Shown in pieces: positions 9,856-20,673 of a DNA stretch of 64,000 nucleotides. The stretch spans positions 312,884-376,883 of the forward strand of contig CAVZMH010000019.1 of assembly GCA_963776345.1 (NCBI GenBank), given 5' to 3'. How positions within the stretch are numbered: position 1 is the stretch's first letter; the number at the start of each line of letters is the position of its first letter. Position numbers and translations under genes: made by a program. The notes under the pieces were generated by a model that was not told where the DNA came from, made no database searches, and saw nothing but the letters and a program-made list of their open reading frames with translations. The stretch is from an uncultured delta proteobacterium (GTDB lineage: Bacteria; Myxococcota; Myxococcia; Myxococcales; Myxococcaceae).

Positions 9856-12255
9856 ATGGCCAAGCAGCATCTCCTGCTCGTCGACGGGGACCCGAAGAGT
9901 CTCCGGGTGATGGAGGTCAGCCTGAAGAAGGCCGGCTTCTCGGTCACCACCGCGGCCGATGGGAAGGACGCCCTCCAGAAGATCCAGATCAGCCCGCCGG
10001 ACCTGGTCCTTTCGGACACCAGGCTGTCGGAGCTGGACGGGTTCGAGCTCTGCCGGCGGCTGAAGTCGGACGAGCGGCTGAGGCAAATCCCGTTCGTCTT
10101 CCTCACCAGCCAGAAAGCCGTGGAATTCAAGGTCCGGGGCCTGGAGATGGGCGGCGAGGACTACCTGACCAAACCCATCTACATCAAGGAGATCGTCACC
10201 CGGGCGCGGATGATTCTCCAGAAGGCGGAGAAGGAGCGCTTCGAGCGGCGCGAGACGCGCGGCGGCTTTTCTGGAAGTTTGAGCGACCTCGGGGTGGTCG
10301 ACCTGGTCCAGACCTTCGAGGTGGGGCGGAAGACCGGGCTCATCCGGCTCGATGGCGAGCGCTCCGGCACCATCTACTTCCGCGACGGCCGGGTCATCGA
10401 CGCCGAGCTGGGGCGGCTCGCCGGCGAGAACGCGTTCTACCGGATGCTCAACACCTTCGAGGGGCAGTTCGAGGTGCAGTTCGTCCCGGTGGACCGGCCC
10501 GAGCGCATCGAGGTCTCGACCCAGGGGCTGCTGCTCGAGGGCATGCGCCGGCTGGACGAGTGGGGCCGGATGCTCGAGCAGCTCCCTCCGCTGGAGACGG
10601 TGTTCGAGATCGACTACCGGCAGCTCGCGGACCGGCTGAGCGAGATCCCCGACGAGGTGAACGGGCTGCTCCGGCTCTTCGACGGGCACCGTTCGCTGGC
10701 ACGGGTGGTGGACGACTCGGACTTCGAGGACCTGGCCGCGCTGGGCATCATCAGCAAGCTCTACTTCGAGGGGCTGGTGCGCGAGGCCGGAGGCACGCCA
10801 CCGTTCGGCCCGCGCGAGTCGCGTGCCCTCGGGGCGTGGCTCGACGGGACGCCGCCCCCCCCGGTGTGGTCCGGACCCGTGGCGGTGCAGCCGAACCCGG
10901 CGGCCCACACTCCGCCGCCGGGTGCGGTGCCGACGGTGGCGCCGCTCTCGGCCGAGGAGACGGCGGCACGCTCGGCTCCCGTGACCAACGGCGCGCCGGC
11001 CGCGCATCCGGCCGTCCCGGACGCGGTGAACGGAACGACGTTGGAGCCGCACGCAGGCGAGTCGCAGGGGGCACCTGGTCACGTCCCGGCGGACACGCCG
11101 GCGCCCGGCGGCCCCGACGCGGCGGACGTGCTCGCGCCGCTCCCGGCGGCCATCGCCGCCGAGGTGGCCAGCGCCGAGCCGGAGCTGCACGCCCTCCTCA
11201 CCGCTCCGCCGTCGCCCGAGGCGGGGGTGGCCCTCCGCCCGGGCAATGGGCCGGGCTCGGCGGACGTGCTCCTCTTCTCTCCCAGGCCGGACGCCATGCC
11301 GGCGCGACTCCCGGGCTCGTCGTTCCTCGTCGCTCCGCCTCCCGCGGCGCGCGCGGTGGAGCAGGCGCAGGCCAAGGCCCTGACGGACTGGGGACATGCG
11401 CCGCCCGCGGTTTCCGTCCCGCCGCCGGTTCCCCCGGCGCCGGCGCTGCGCGAGCCGCTCTTCGGGGGCGCGGCGGAGGAGACGGAGGAGGCTGAGGAGA
11501 CGCCCCCTGACGCGCTGCCGGAACCCGAGCGCCCGCGGCTCCGGTTCCTCGAGCCCCCGCCCCCGCGCCGGACCGGACGATGGGTGGTGGCAGGGCTCGC
11601 GCTCATCGCCGTGGCGGCCGGGGTGGCCTGGGCGTTGGGGGTCCGCCGCGCCCCTCCTCCGCCTGTGTCCGAGCCTGCTGCCGTGGCGGCGCCCGCCGCA
11701 CCCGAGGAGCCCCACGCTCCCGCCGCGGCCGTCGCCACCGGGAGCGCTCCGCCGGCCACGAGCGAGCCCGCGCCCCCCGTGCCCTCGCCGGCGCTCGCCG
11801 GCTCCCCGCAGCAGGACGCCCCCCCGGCCGGCGCCGCGGAGGACCCGGGCGAGGCCCAGTACGCCGAGGCGGTGCGGGCCGCCCGCGAGGCCAACGCCGG
11901 GAGCAAGTGGGAGGTGGAGGCCGAGGCGTACCGGCGCGCGCTCTCCATCCGGCCGGCGTCGCTCGAGGCCAAGGAGGGCCTCGGGGCGGCCATCGTCAAG
12001 AGCGCGGGCCGGGCGGGCAGCTATCTCGAGTCGGAGCGGCTCCTGTCCGAGGTGGTGACCGCCGACGGCGCCCGCTCCCGCGCCTGGCTGGTGCTGGGGA
12101 TGGCCCGGCAGCTCGGCGCGCGGCCGGGGCCCGCCATGGAGGCATACCGGCGCTACCTCGAGCTCGTGCCGCAGGGCCCCTACTCGGCGGACGTGCGCGC
12201 GGTGGTCCGCGAGCTGGAACGGCGGGACGTGGCGCAGCGGCGGCCGGGACGGTAG
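9856..12255 (+). CDS. Response regulator: receiver + DUF4388-like + Pro-rich linker + TM + TPR (PglH-like)
   Basis: N-terminal receiver (LLVD, SD, YLTKP), [16 protein letters not shown]4388 pattern, TM helix, [14 protein letters not shown] end. Confidence 0.8.
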   Translation: MAKQHLLLVDGDPKSLRVMEVSLKKAGFSVTTAADGKDALQKIQISPPDLVLSDTRLSELDGFELCRRLKSDERLRQIPFVFLTSQKAVEFKVRGLEMGGEDYLTKPIYIKEIVTRARMILQKAEKERFERRETRGGFSGSLSDLGVVDLVQTFEVGRKTGLIRLDGERSGTIYFRDGRVIDAELGRLAGENAFYRMLNTFEGQFEVQFVPVDRPERIEVSTQGLLLEGMRRLDEWGRMLEQLPPLETVFEIDYRQLADRLSEIPDEVNGLLRLFDGHRSLARVVDDSDFEDLAALGIISKLYFEGLVREAGGTPPFGPRESRALGAWLDGTPPPPVWSGPVAVQPNPAAHTPPPGAVPTVAPLSAEETAARSAPVTNGAPAAHPAVPDAVNGTTLEPHAGESQGAPGHVPADTPAPGGPDAADVLAPLPAAIAAEVASAEPELHALLTAPPSPEAGVALRPGNGPGSADVLLFSPRPDAMPARLPGSSFLVAPPPAARAVEQAQAKALTDWGHAPPAVSVPPPVPPAPALREPLFGGAAEETEEAEETPPDALPEPERPRLRFLEPPPPRRTGRWVVAGLALIAVAAGVAWALGVRRAPPPPVSEPAAVAAPAAPEEPHAPAAAVATGSAPPATSEPAPPVPSPALAGSPQQDAPPAGAAEDPGEAQYAEAVRAAREANAGSKWEVEAEAYRRALSIRPASLEAKEGLGAAIVKSAGRAGSYLESERLLSEVVTADGARSRAWLVLGMARQLGARPGPAMEAYRRYLELVPQGPYSADVRAVVRELERRDVAQRRPGR

Positions 12256-12294
12256 AGCACGCTCCGACGGCCCCTCCCCGGGGCCACTCCGACA

Positions 12295-13293
12295 ATGCGC
12301 GTCCTTGGGCTCGAGACCTCGTGCGACGAGACGGCGGCCGCCGTGGTGGAGGACGGCCGTCGCGCGCTCTCCGACGTCGTCTCCACGCAGGTGGAGATCC
12401 ACCGCCGGTGGGGCGGCGTCGTCCCCGAGCTCGCCAGCCGGAACCACGTCGTGCAGGTGCTCCCGGTGGTGGACGAGGCGCTCCGCCGGGCCGGGTGCAC
12501 GCTCGAGGACCTGGACCTCATCGCCGTGACCCGCGGCCCCGGGCTCCTGGGCGCCCTGCTGGTGGGGGTGCAGCTGGGGAAGTCGCTCTCGGCCGCCACG
12601 GGCATCCCGCTGGTCGGGGTCAATCACCTCGAGGGCCACCTGCTCGCCGTCCGGCTGTTGCCCTCCCCGCCGGAGCCGCCGTTCCTCGCCCTGGTCGTCT
12701 CCGGCGGACACACCAGCCTCTACGCCGTCCGGGACTACGGCCAGTACACCCGGGTGGGCAGCACGCGCGACGACGCGGCCGGTGAGGCGTACGACAAGGT
12801 GGCCCGGCTCCTCGGACTCCCGTACCCGGGCGGGCTCCCCATCGACCGGCTTGCGCAGACGGGCGACCCGCGCGCCATCCGCTTCCCCCGCGCGTTGAAC
12901 GTCCCGGGCGTGTTCGACTGGAGCTTCAGCGGCCTCAAGACCGCGGTCCGGAACCACGTGCGCGCCAGCGGCGTGCCGGAGGGCCAGGCGCTGGCGGACC
13001 TCTGCGCCTCGTTCCAGGAGGCGGTGGCCGACTCGCTCTCGCGCAAGCTGGTGGCCGCGGCGCGCGCGCTGGGCCAGAAGGACGTCGTCCTCTGCGGCGG
13101 GGTGGCGGCCAACTCGCGGCTCCGGTCGCTCACGCTCGAGCGCGCGGGCGAGCGGGACATCCGGGTGCACCTGCCGCCGCCGGCCCTCTGCACCGACAAC
13201 GGGGCGATGATCGCCGTCGCGGGGACGGAGGCCTGGCGCCGGGGCGAGTGCGGGGACGGCCTCCCGGTGGTGGACGCGGGCTGGACGCCCTAG
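12295..13293 (+). CDS. tsaD: tRNA N6-threonylcarbamoyltransferase
   Basis: LGLETSCDET, GGVVPELASRNH, NHLEGH, DDAAGEAYDK, CTDNGAMIA. Confidence 0.97.
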   Translation: MRVLGLETSCDETAAAVVEDGRRALSDVVSTQVEIHRRWGGVVPELASRNHVVQVLPVVDEALRRAGCTLEDLDLIAVTRGPGLLGALLVGVQLGKSLSAATGIPLVGVNHLEGHLLAVRLLPSPPEPPFLALVVSGGHTSLYAVRDYGQYTRVGSTRDDAAGEAYDKVARLLGLPYPGGLPIDRLAQTGDPRAIRFPRALNVPGVFDWSFSGLKTAVRNHVRASGVPEGQALADLCASFQEAVADSLSRKLVAAARALGQKDVVLCGGVAANSRLRSLTLERAGERDIRVHLPPPALCTDNGAMIAVAGTEAWRRGECGDGLPVVDAGWTP

Positions 13294-13303
13294 GGGAGCG
13301 GCT

Positions 13304-14128
13304 GTGGACTCGCCACGGCGGATGCTGCAGCAGCACGGGCTCCGGCCGAAGCACGCCTGGGGGCAGAACTTCCTCGATGACCCGGCCGTGCTGGCCGACA
13401 TCGTCCAGGCGGCCCGGCTCGGTCCGGACTCGGTGGTGGTCGAGCTCGGGGCAGGGCTCGGCCACCTCACCCGGGCGCTGCTCGACACGGGGGCACGGGT
13501 GGTCGCCGTCGAGCGTGACCGCGACATGCTCGCCATCCTCGAGGCGCTGAAGACCGAGCGGCTGACGGTGCTCGCGGCCAACGCCGCCCGGCTGGAGCTC
13601 GCCGCGGTCGCCGGCATGCGCCCGCTGACCTTGGTGGGGAACCTGCCCTACCACCTCACCTCGTCCATCCTCTTCCAGGCGCTGGAGCAGCACCGGGATC
13701 TCGAGCGCTGCGTGTTCACCGTCCAGAAGGAGGTGGCCGAGCGGGTGGCGGCCGGCGAGGGGACGCGCAGCGCGGGCCTGCTGACGGTGCTCCTCGGGGT
13801 GTGGTTCGACGCGTCCATCGTCCGCACCGTGCCGGCCGGGGCGTTCCATCCCCCGCCCAAGGTGGACTCGGCGGTGCTGCTCCTCGAGCACCGGGCGGCG
13901 CCCCGGGCCGAGGTGGGTGACGAGGGGCACTTCCGCAAGGTGGTGAAGGCCGGGTTCTCCCAGCGGCGCAAGACGCTGCTCAACGCGCTCCGGTCGGACC
14001 CCGAGCTGGGGGATGCGGGGGCGATCCGGGCCGCGCTCGAGGCCGCGGGCATCGAGCCAAGCCGCCGGGCCGAGACGCTCGCCGTGGCGGACTTCGCGCG
14101 TCTGGCCCGGGCGTTGAGGAGCCCCTAG
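13304..14128 (+). CDS. rsmA: 16S rRNA m6,2A dimethyltransferase
   Basis: GQNFL, ELGAGLG, GNLPY, QKEVAER, PPPKVDS, QRRKTL. Confidence 0.96.
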   Translation: MDSPRRMLQQHGLRPKHAWGQNFLDDPAVLADIVQAARLGPDSVVVELGAGLGHLTRALLDTGARVVAVERDRDMLAILEALKTERLTVLAANAARLELAAVAGMRPLTLVGNLPYHLTSSILFQALEQHRDLERCVFTVQKEVAERVAAGEGTRSAGLLTVLLGVWFDASIVRTVPAGAFHPPPKVDSAVLLLEHRAAPRAEVGDEGHFRKVVKAGFSQRRKTLLNALRSDPELGDAGAIRAALEAAGIEPSRRAETLAVADFARLARALRSP

Positions 14129-14137
14129 AGGGCGTGG

Positions 14138-14788
14138 TTGACTCCGCCGGACTTGGACCAGCGCTACATCGCCGTCGAGGGGCCGATCGGGGTGGGGAAG
14201 ACCAGCCTGGCGCGGCTCCTCGCCGAGCGGCTCGGCGGCCGGCTCGTCCTCGAGGAGGTCGAGGACAATCCCTTCCTCGCCCGCTTCTACCAGGACCGGA
14301 GCGCCTGGGCGTTCCAGACCCAGCTCTTCTTCCTCCTGAGCCGCTGGCAGCAGCAGCAGAAGCTGCTCCAGACCGACCTCTTCGCCGCGGCCACGGTGAG
14401 CGACTACGTCTTCGCCAAGGACCGCATCTTCGCCACGCTCACCCTGCAGCCGGCGGAGCTCGCGCTTTACGACCGGGTCTACGACGCGCTCGGGCCCCGG
14501 GTCCCGCAGCCGGACCTGGTCATCTTCCTCCAGTGCCGGCTGGAGGTCCTGCTCCATCGCATCCGGCGCCGGGGCCGCGACTTCGAGCGGCACTTCGACG
14601 CCGACTACCTCGAGGCGCTCTCCAGGGCGTACAACGACTTCTTCTTCCACTACACGGACACGCCGCTCTTGGTCATCAACACCAGCGACATCGACTTCGT
14701 CCACAACGCGGCCGACCTGGACAACCTGGTCTCGGTGGTCCGGAAGATGCGGAAGGGGGTCCACCACTACCTGCCCCTGAAAAGGTAG
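14138..14788 (+). CDS. Deoxynucleoside kinase
   Basis: EGPIGVGKT, NPFL..FY, QLFFLLSR; TTG start. Confidence 0.9.
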   Translation: MTPPDLDQRYIAVEGPIGVGKTSLARLLAERLGGRLVLEEVEDNPFLARFYQDRSAWAFQTQLFFLLSRWQQQQKLLQTDLFAAATVSDYVFAKDRIFATLTLQPAELALYDRVYDALGPRVPQPDLVIFLQCRLEVLLHRIRRRGRDFERHFDADYLEALSRAYNDFFFHYTDTPLLVINTSDIDFVHNAADLDNLVSVVRKMRKGVHHYLPLKR

Positions 14789-14919
14789 TTTCCAGTGGCA
14801 CGGGACACCTCCCGTGACGATAGATTAGGGTCCCCCGAGGTCGCCGAGCCGCGAGGCCGGTGAACCCATGGCGAGGGGATGCAGCACCACATAACCCGCA
14901 GTCAGACGGAGGTGAACCC

Positions 14920-15816
14920 GTGGACAAGGTCACCATCCACACGCTGAAGCGCCTGAAGCAGGCCGGCCAGAAGATCTCCATGGTCACGGCCTACGACGCC
15001 ACCTTCGCCCGCATCCTGGACGACGCCGGAGCCGACGTGCTCCTGGTCGGGGACAGCCTGGGCATGGTGGTCCAGGGCAACGAGTCGACGCTGCCCGTCA
15101 CCATGGACCAGATGGTCTACCACTGCCGCGCGGTGAGTCGCGGGGCGAAGCGGGCCCACGTCGTGGGGGACCTGCCGTTCCTCAGCTACCAGGCCAGCGT
15201 GCCCGAGGCGGTGAAGAACGCCGGGCGGATCCTGGCCGAGGGCGGGGCGAGCAGCGTGAAGCTGGAGGGCGGCGCCGATTTCGCCGAGACCATCGAGGCC
15301 ATCGTCCGCGCCGGCATCCCGGTCATGGGGCACCTCGGCCTGACGCCGCAATCGGTGCACCGGATGGGCGGCTTCGTCGTCCAGGGGCGCGAGGAGGAGC
15401 AGGCGAAGGCCATCTACCGGGACGCGCAGGCGCTGGAGCGCGCCGGCTGCTACGCGCTGGTGCTCGAGGGGGTGCCGCTGGAGCTGGCGCGGGACATCAC
15501 CGCGTCGCTGCGCATCCCCACCATCGGCATCGGCGCCGGCGTCCACTGCGACGGTCAGGTGCTGGTCTGCTACGACCTGTTCGGCTTCAACCCCGACTTC
15601 AACCCCAAGTTCGTGAAGCGCTACGCCGACGGGTATGGCGTGCTGCGGGGGGCGGCGGAGGCGTTCTTCACCGAGGTGCGGAGCGGCGCCTTCCCGGGCG
15701 ACGAGCACTCCTTCACCAGCAAGACGCTGCGCGTGCTGCAGGGTCAGAAGTCCGCGTCGTCCCCACCGTCGGGAGAGCCGGAGAAGGTCGGTGCGGTCTA
15801 CGGCGTCCCGGTCTGA
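14920..15816 (+). CDS. panB: 3-methyl-2-oxobutanoate hydroxymethyltransferase
   Basis: [30 protein letters not shown] then GTG at 14920. Confidence 0.97.
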   Translation: MDKVTIHTLKRLKQAGQKISMVTAYDATFARILDDAGADVLLVGDSLGMVVQGNESTLPVTMDQMVYHCRAVSRGAKRAHVVGDLPFLSYQASVPEAVKNAGRILAEGGASSVKLEGGADFAETIEAIVRAGIPVMGHLGLTPQSVHRMGGFVVQGREEEQAKAIYRDAQALERAGCYALVLEGVPLELARDITASLRIPTIGIGAGVHCDGQVLVCYDLFGFNPDFNPKFVKRYADGYGVLRGAAEAFFTEVRSGAFPGDEHSFTSKTLRVLQGQKSASSPPSGEPEKVGAVYGVPV

Positions 15817-16661
15817 TGCGCGTCTTCCGGACGCCGGCCGAGCTCTCGGAGTGGTCGGAGACGGCGCGGCACCAGGGCCGGCGGGTGGGGCTGGTGCCGA
15901 CGATGGGGTTCCTCCACCAGGGACATCTCAGCCTGATCGAGGAGTCGCGCGCCCGCGCCGGGTGCACGGTGGTGAGCATCTTCGTCAACCCCACCCAGTT
16001 CGGGCCGACCGAGGACCTCGCCCGCTACCCCCGTGATCTCGAGGGCGACCTCCACAAGTGCCGGGAGGCTCGGGTGGACGCGGTGTTCACGCCCGACGCC
16101 GGGGCCATGTACCCGCCCGGGCACCGCACCTTCGTGGAGGTCACCCAGCTTCAAGACGGGCTCTGTGGCGGGCGCCGGCCGGGGCACTTCCGGGGGGTGG
16201 CGACGGTGGTCACCCAGCTCTTCGCCCTGGCCCGGCCGCACCTGGCGGTGTTCGGCGAGAAGGACTGGCAGCAGCTGCAGATCATCCGTCGCCTCGCGGT
16301 GGACCTGCACCTCGGGGTGGAGGTGGTGGGGATGCCCATCGTCCGCGAGGGGGATGGCCTGGCCCTCAGCTCGCGCAACGCGTACCTCTCGGCGCCCGAG
16401 CGCGCCCGGGCCCTCGCCCTGAGCCGGGGCCTCGGGGTGGCACGGGCCCGGTGGTCGGCCGGGGAGCGCCAGGCGGACGCCCTGCGCGAGGCGGTGCGGT
16501 CCGAGCTCCGGGCGGCCGAGGTGCGGGAGGACTACGTGGAGCTGGTGGAGCCGTCGACGCTCGAGCCCCTCGCGCGGGCGGAGCGGCCCGAGGCCCGGCT
16601 CCTGGTGGCCGGCTTCGTGGGGACGACTCGGCTCATCGACAACACGGCCATCGGCTGCTAG
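15816..16661 (+). CDS. panC: Pantoate--beta-alanine ligase
   Basis: VPTMGFLHQGH, SIFVNPTQF, RPGHFRGV, FGEKD, SSRN, RLIDN. Confidence 0.97.
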   Translation: MRVFRTPAELSEWSETARHQGRRVGLVPTMGFLHQGHLSLIEESRARAGCTVVSIFVNPTQFGPTEDLARYPRDLEGDLHKCREARVDAVFTPDAGAMYPPGHRTFVEVTQLQDGLCGGRRPGHFRGVATVVTQLFALARPHLAVFGEKDWQQLQIIRRLAVDLHLGVEVVGMPIVREGDGLALSSRNAYLSAPERARALALSRGLGVARARWSAGERQADALREAVRSELRAAEVREDYVELVEPSTLEPLARAERPEARLLVAGFVGTTRLIDNTAIGC

Positions 16662-16675
16662 GGGCCGGAGCCCGC

Positions 16676-17143
16676 ATGGCGCAGAAGGAAGCCCCGGGCG
16701 AGCTGGTCGTCGCCACCAACAGGAAGGCGCGCGCGTCCTATACCGTCGAGGACACGCTCGAGGCGGGGCTCGCCCTGGTCGGCAGCGAGGTGAAGAGCCT
16801 CCGGGCCGGGGCGGTCCAGATGGCCGACTCCTTCGCCCAGCCCCGCGGGGGGGAGCTCTACCTTCACTCACTGCGGATCGCCCCCTACGGGGCGGCGGCG
16901 GCGTTCCCCCACGACCCGGTCCGCCCCCGGAAGCTCCTGCTGCATCGGGCCGAGCTGGACCGCTGGGAGGCCAAGGTGCGGGAACGGGGTTATTCCATCG
17001 TCCCGCTCGTGCTTTACTTCAAGAAGGGCAAGGCCAAGGTCCAGCTGGGGCTGGTCCGGGGCAAGACCCACGAGGACCGACGCGAGGACATCAAGGAGCG
17101 CGAGACCCGACGCGAAATGGATCGCGCGCTCCGCCGGCGTTAG
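16676..17143 (+). CDS. smpB: SsrA-binding protein
   Basis: NRKARASY, EAGLALVGSEVKSLR, RKLLLH, GKTHEDRRE. Confidence 0.96.
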   Translation: MAQKEAPGELVVATNRKARASYTVEDTLEAGLALVGSEVKSLRAGAVQMADSFAQPRGGELYLHSLRIAPYGAAAAFPHDPVRPRKLLLHRAELDRWEAKVRERGYSIVPLVLYFKKGKAKVQLGLVRGKTHEDRREDIKERETRREMDRALRRR

Positions 17144-17163
17144 AGCCAGGCCACGGACGACGG

Positions 17164-17643
17164 ATGGACGACCGAGCCTCCGAGAAGAAGGACCGCCTGC
17201 TGACCGCCCTGGAGCGAGGGATGGTGATGGTCCATCTCGACGCCCGGCGTCCGGGGGTGCTCGTCCCGACCGAGCTTCGAGGCGAGTCTCATCTGCGTCT
17301 GCATCTCAGTTACAGGTTCGTGCCGCCCGACCTGACCGTGGGCGAGTGGGGCATCCGCAGCACGCTCAGCTTCTCCGGGCAGCGCTTCACCGTGGCGGTC
17401 CCCTGGAGCGCGCTGTTCGCCGTCACCAGCAAGGTGACCCACGAGTTCTGGATGTTCCCCGAGGACATGCCAACCGAGCTGACGCAGATTCCCCCGCCGA
17501 AGCTCCGTGCCGCCGCCGCGGTCCGTCCCCCGCTCGAGGGCCGTCCGGTGGCGCTGCGCGAGGTGGACGGGGAGGGCAAGTCCGGCGAGGCCGAGGGCGG
17601 TGACGCCCCGCGCGGACGGTCGCACCTCCGGCTGATCAAGTAA
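17164..17643 (+). CDS. sspB: ClpXP specificity-enhancing factor SspB-like
   Basis: LSFSG...VPWSALF core and C-terminal ClpX-binding-like HLRLIK. Confidence 0.8.
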   Translation: MDDRASEKKDRLLTALERGMVMVHLDARRPGVLVPTELRGESHLRLHLSYRFVPPDLTVGEWGIRSTLSFSGQRFTVAVPWSALFAVTSKVTHEFWMFPEDMPTELTQIPPPKLRAAAAVRPPLEGRPVALREVDGEGKSGEAEGGDAPRGRSHLRLIK

Positions 17644-17747
17644 GCGGAGGTCAGCGGCGGAGCGGGACCCCGGCCGCGGTGTCCTTCGGTGAGCCTGCTC
17701 GCCTCACGCCGCCCATGGCTCGGACCGGACGTGGGTGGGTTCCAAAC

Positions 17748-17838
17748 GACAGGAAGGTCACCTGACTATTTTCGAACGATAGTCAGGTGACTCACCTGTC
17801 TAGTTCGAGCCCCGAGCCCCGTCTCGCCTCGGGGCTCG
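17748..17838. repeat. Two adjacent intergenic inverted repeats
   Basis: Perfect 13-bp IR GTCACCTGACTAT 17757-17769 / 17779-17791, extended by GACAGG/CCTGTC; 11-bp IR 17806-17816 / 17828-17838. Confidence 0.8.
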
Positions 17839-17885
17839 CGCACGCACCCACTCGCGTCTTCTCGGGGCAAGTGTGCCTCGTCCAC

Positions 17886-18581
17886 TCACCGTTTCCGGAG
17901 GTTCGCCTCGAGCGTGGCCTGCTGCCCGCCCATCGTCACCCCCTGCCACGGCTTGTAGCCGGCCTTCCGCACCTCGATCCGGAGCGGCTCCTTCGGCCAG
18001 ACGTTGTCCCCGGCCCAGGGGGTGACGCCCACCTCGGTTCCGCCGACGAGCACCGTGGCCCCGGACGGCTCGCTGAGGACCAGGAGCGTGGGCGCGGGCG
18101 TCCCCACTCGCTTCTCCTTCACCTCCTCCTTCTTCGGCTGCTCCGACCCGAGGAAGTCCAGCGAGAAGCCCTTGAGCGTCGGGAGCTTCCCGGCCACCAC
18201 CACCCACGCGCCTGCCACCACGGCGCCGAGCACGGCGGCGCGCAGGATCCATGGCCCCCACCGGATGTCCGGCGTCGTGAACTTGACCGGCTTCTCCGGC
18301 GGCGGCGGCGTGAAGTCCGACACCATCGGCGGCGGCGGCCGCTCCACCAGCTCCACCCCCTCGGTCCGCTCGGCGTCGTTCCGCACCCGCGACGGCGAGA
18401 TCACCGTCGGCTCGTAGGACGGATCGTGGAGCAGCGAGTCACCCGGAGGCGGGGGCACCTCGCCCAGCAGCGGCACCTCGTTCAGGAGCGGGATGGGGCT
18501 GGCGGGCCGGAGCGCGCCGTCCTCTCCCAGCGCCTTGCCGGAGAAGATCTGATCCTCGTCCTCGTCGGGGGTCTGGCTCAT
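17886..18581 (-). CDS. Membrane-anchored PEGA-domain protein
   Basis: Single TM followed by LLVLSEPSGATVLVGG..VGVTP...IEVRKAGY. Confidence 0.8.
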   Translation of the reverse strand: MSQTPDEDEDQIFSGKALGEDGALRPASPIPLLNEVPLLGEVPPPPGDSLLHDPSYEPTVISPSRVRNDAERTEGVELVERPPPPMVSDFTPPPPEKPVKFTTPDIRWGPWILRAAVLGAVVAGAWVVVAGKLPTLKGFSLDFLGSEQPKKEEVKEKRVGTPAPTLLVLSEPSGATVLVGGTEVGVTPWAGDNVWPKEPLRIEVRKAGYKPWQGVTMGGQQATLEANLRKR

Positions 18582-18590
18582 CGGTCGGGC

Positions 18591-18941
18591 TCAGCTCGGC
18601 GCGGGCGCGCGCTCGGTCACCCCCCGCAGCATGGCCCAGGGGAAGATGCCCGTGGCGTGCTGGTCGCTGAAGGTGATGGACAGCGCGTAGGCCCCCACCG
18701 GGGCGACCTCCCGGATGGTGAGGGTCTCCGGCACCGTGGCCGGGTCGAGCGTCCGCGCGCTGGTCCACTCGTCCACGCAGGCGGCGCAGGGGCAGGCGAG
18801 CCGGAGCGCGCGGGCGGTGGAGGCCGTGCGCTTGCCGTCCTCCCAGTGGAGCCGGAGCACCTTCCCGTCGCTGGTCACGTCCATGTGGATGGCGGTGGGG
18901 GCCGGCGGCGCAGCCGGTTTCACCTTGTCCCAGAAGCTCAT
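18591..18941 (-). CDS. DUF971 (gamma-butyrobetaine hydroxylase N-terminal-like) metal-binding protein
   Basis: LRLACPCAAC, VGAYAL, FSDQHATGIFPW. Confidence 0.85.
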   Translation of the reverse strand: MSFWDKVKPAAPPAPTAIHMDVTSDGKVLRLHWEDGKRTASTARALRLACPCAACVDEWTSARTLDPATVPETLTIREVAPVGAYALSITFSDQHATGIFPWAMLRGVTERAPAPS

Positions 18942-18966
18942 GGCAGCTCCCATGGCGTCTCGCCGC

Positions 18967-20673
18967 TCACGATGCAAGTGGCACGGCCCGCGGCGGGGCC
19001 TCCGCGAGCGCGCCCTTCTTCTCCAGCAAGCGGGCCAGCGCGTCGACCACCTCCGGGTCGAGCGACACGCCCCGGAGCCGGTTCATGACCTCCATCGCCG
19101 CGTGCGCGCTCATCGCCCGCTGGTAGGGCCGGGTGGAGGTGCAGGCGTCCCAGGTGTCGGCGCAGGCCACCACCCGGGCGATGAGCGGGATGGCCGAGCC
19201 TCGGAGGCCCTCGGGGTAGCCGGTGCCGTTCCACTTCTCGTGGTGGCTCCGCACCGCGTCCCGGGCCGTGCCGAGGAAGCTCACCGGGCCGACGATGGAC
19301 GCGCCGATGGTGGGGTGCTCGCGCATCACCGACATCTCGTCCGGGGTGAGCTGGGTCTGCTTGCAGAGGATGTTCTCCGCGATGCCGATCTTCCCGATGT
19401 CGTGGAGGATGCCGCCGTACCGGAGCTGCTTCACCTCGCGGTCGGTGAGGCCGAGCTCGCGGCCGATCTCCGCCGCCATGTCCCCGACCCGCTGGCTGTG
19501 GCCGCGGGTGTACGCGTCCTTGCTGTCGATGCTGTTGGCCAGCGCGAGGATGGTCTCGAGGTAGCCGCGCTCGAGCGACTCGTAGAGCCCGCGGTTCTCC
19601 TTGTCGTACGCCAGGAGCTGCTGGCTCATGTAGTTGAAGGTGTGGGCCAGCTCGCCCAGCTCGTTCCGGGTCTGCACGTGCACCTGGGTGCCGAACTGCC
19701 CCCGGGCGATCTCCAGCGCCGAGCGGGTGAAGCCCTTGAGCGGCCGGGTGAGCCCCCGGGAGAAGACCAGCGCCAGGATGAGCGCCACGCCGATGGCGGC
19801 GACGAGGCCGAGCCCGATGCGCCGCTGCATCAGCCGCACCTGGGTGTAGGCGGCCTCGAGCGGCTGCTCGCTGACCACCGCCCAGCCCGGGCCGGGGATG
19901 ACCGCCGAGGCGGCGACCACCCGCTCGTCCCCCTCGCCGAAGTTTCCCACCCAGGTGACCTCGCGCTCGGGCGAGCCTCGGAGAAGCTTCAGCGCCGGGA
20001 CCACCGCGGGGCGGCTGGACACGTCCTCGCCCGCGCGAACGTGGTCGGGCGGACCGGCCAGCAGACGCCCGGTGGCGTCCACCACGTAGGCGAAGCCGGT
20101 GCTGCCCACGTGCTCGGCCTCCAGCGCCTGCCCGAGCGCGGCCAGCGACAGCTCGCCGGCGACGTAGCCCCTGGCGGGGTCGCCGAGCGGGAAGGCGAAG
20201 GTGAGGCTCGGCGGGCGGCCGGGGAGGATGGTCGCCGGGCTCCAGCGCACCGTCTCCGGGCCGGGGCCGAGCAGGGCCCGGGCGCGGGCCTCGTGCTCGG
20301 CCACCTCGGTCGGAGGCAGGTCCTTCACCGCGAACGCCTGCAGCCCGGGGAACCGCTCGCCTCGGGCGGAGAACACCGTGAGCGCGGTCAGGTCCCGCCG
20401 CTCGGTGAGCACCGCGGCGAGGTGGGCCCGCTGCTCCGCGAGCGGCAGGGAGAGGAACCCCGGCACGCGGGCGAGCACGGTCGCCGCGCGCACCGGGGCA
20501 TCGAGCGCGGCGGTGGCCTTGAGCGAGACCTGCCCCACGCGCTCGGCGGCGAGCTCCTGCGCGTCGCGGGTGAGGAGCTCGCGAGTGTCGGAGAGGACCA
20601 GGAGCCCCACCAGGCCCGTGGAGACCAGGGCCACGCCGAGCATCAGGAGGAAGATGGCGGTGAAGAGCCTCAC
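18967..20673 (-). CDS. Cache-HAMP-HD-GYP cyclic dinucleotide phosphodiesterase (PmxA-like), 568 aa
   Basis: TM-sensor-TM, HAMP (RNELGELA..FN.M), KDAYTRGHS, LHDIGK, HHEKWNGTGYP, RPYQ; GTG start at 20673. Confidence 0.88.
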   Translation of the reverse strand: MRLFTAIFLLMLGVALVSTGLVGLLVLSDTRELLTRDAQELAAERVGQVSLKATAALDAPVRAATVLARVPGFLSLPLAEQRAHLAAVLTERRDLTALTVFSARGERFPGLQAFAVKDLPPTEVAEHEARARALLGPGPETVRWSPATILPGRPPSLTFAFPLGDPARGYVAGELSLAALGQALEAEHVGSTGFAYVVDATGRLLAGPPDHVRAGEDVSSRPAVVPALKLLRGSPEREVTWVGNFGEGDERVVAASAVIPGPGWAVVSEQPLEAAYTQVRLMQRRIGLGLVAAIGVALILALVFSRGLTRPLKGFTRSALEIARGQFGTQVHVQTRNELGELAHTFNYMSQQLLAYDKENRGLYESLERGYLETILALANSIDSKDAYTRGHSQRVGDMAAEIGRELGLTDREVKQLRYGGILHDIGKIGIAENILCKQTQLTPDEMSVMREHPTIGASIVGPVSFLGTARDAVRSHHEKWNGTGYPEGLRGSAIPLIARVVACADTWDACTSTRPYQRAMSAHAAMEVMNRLRGVSLDPEVVDALARLLEKKGALAEAPPRAVPLAS

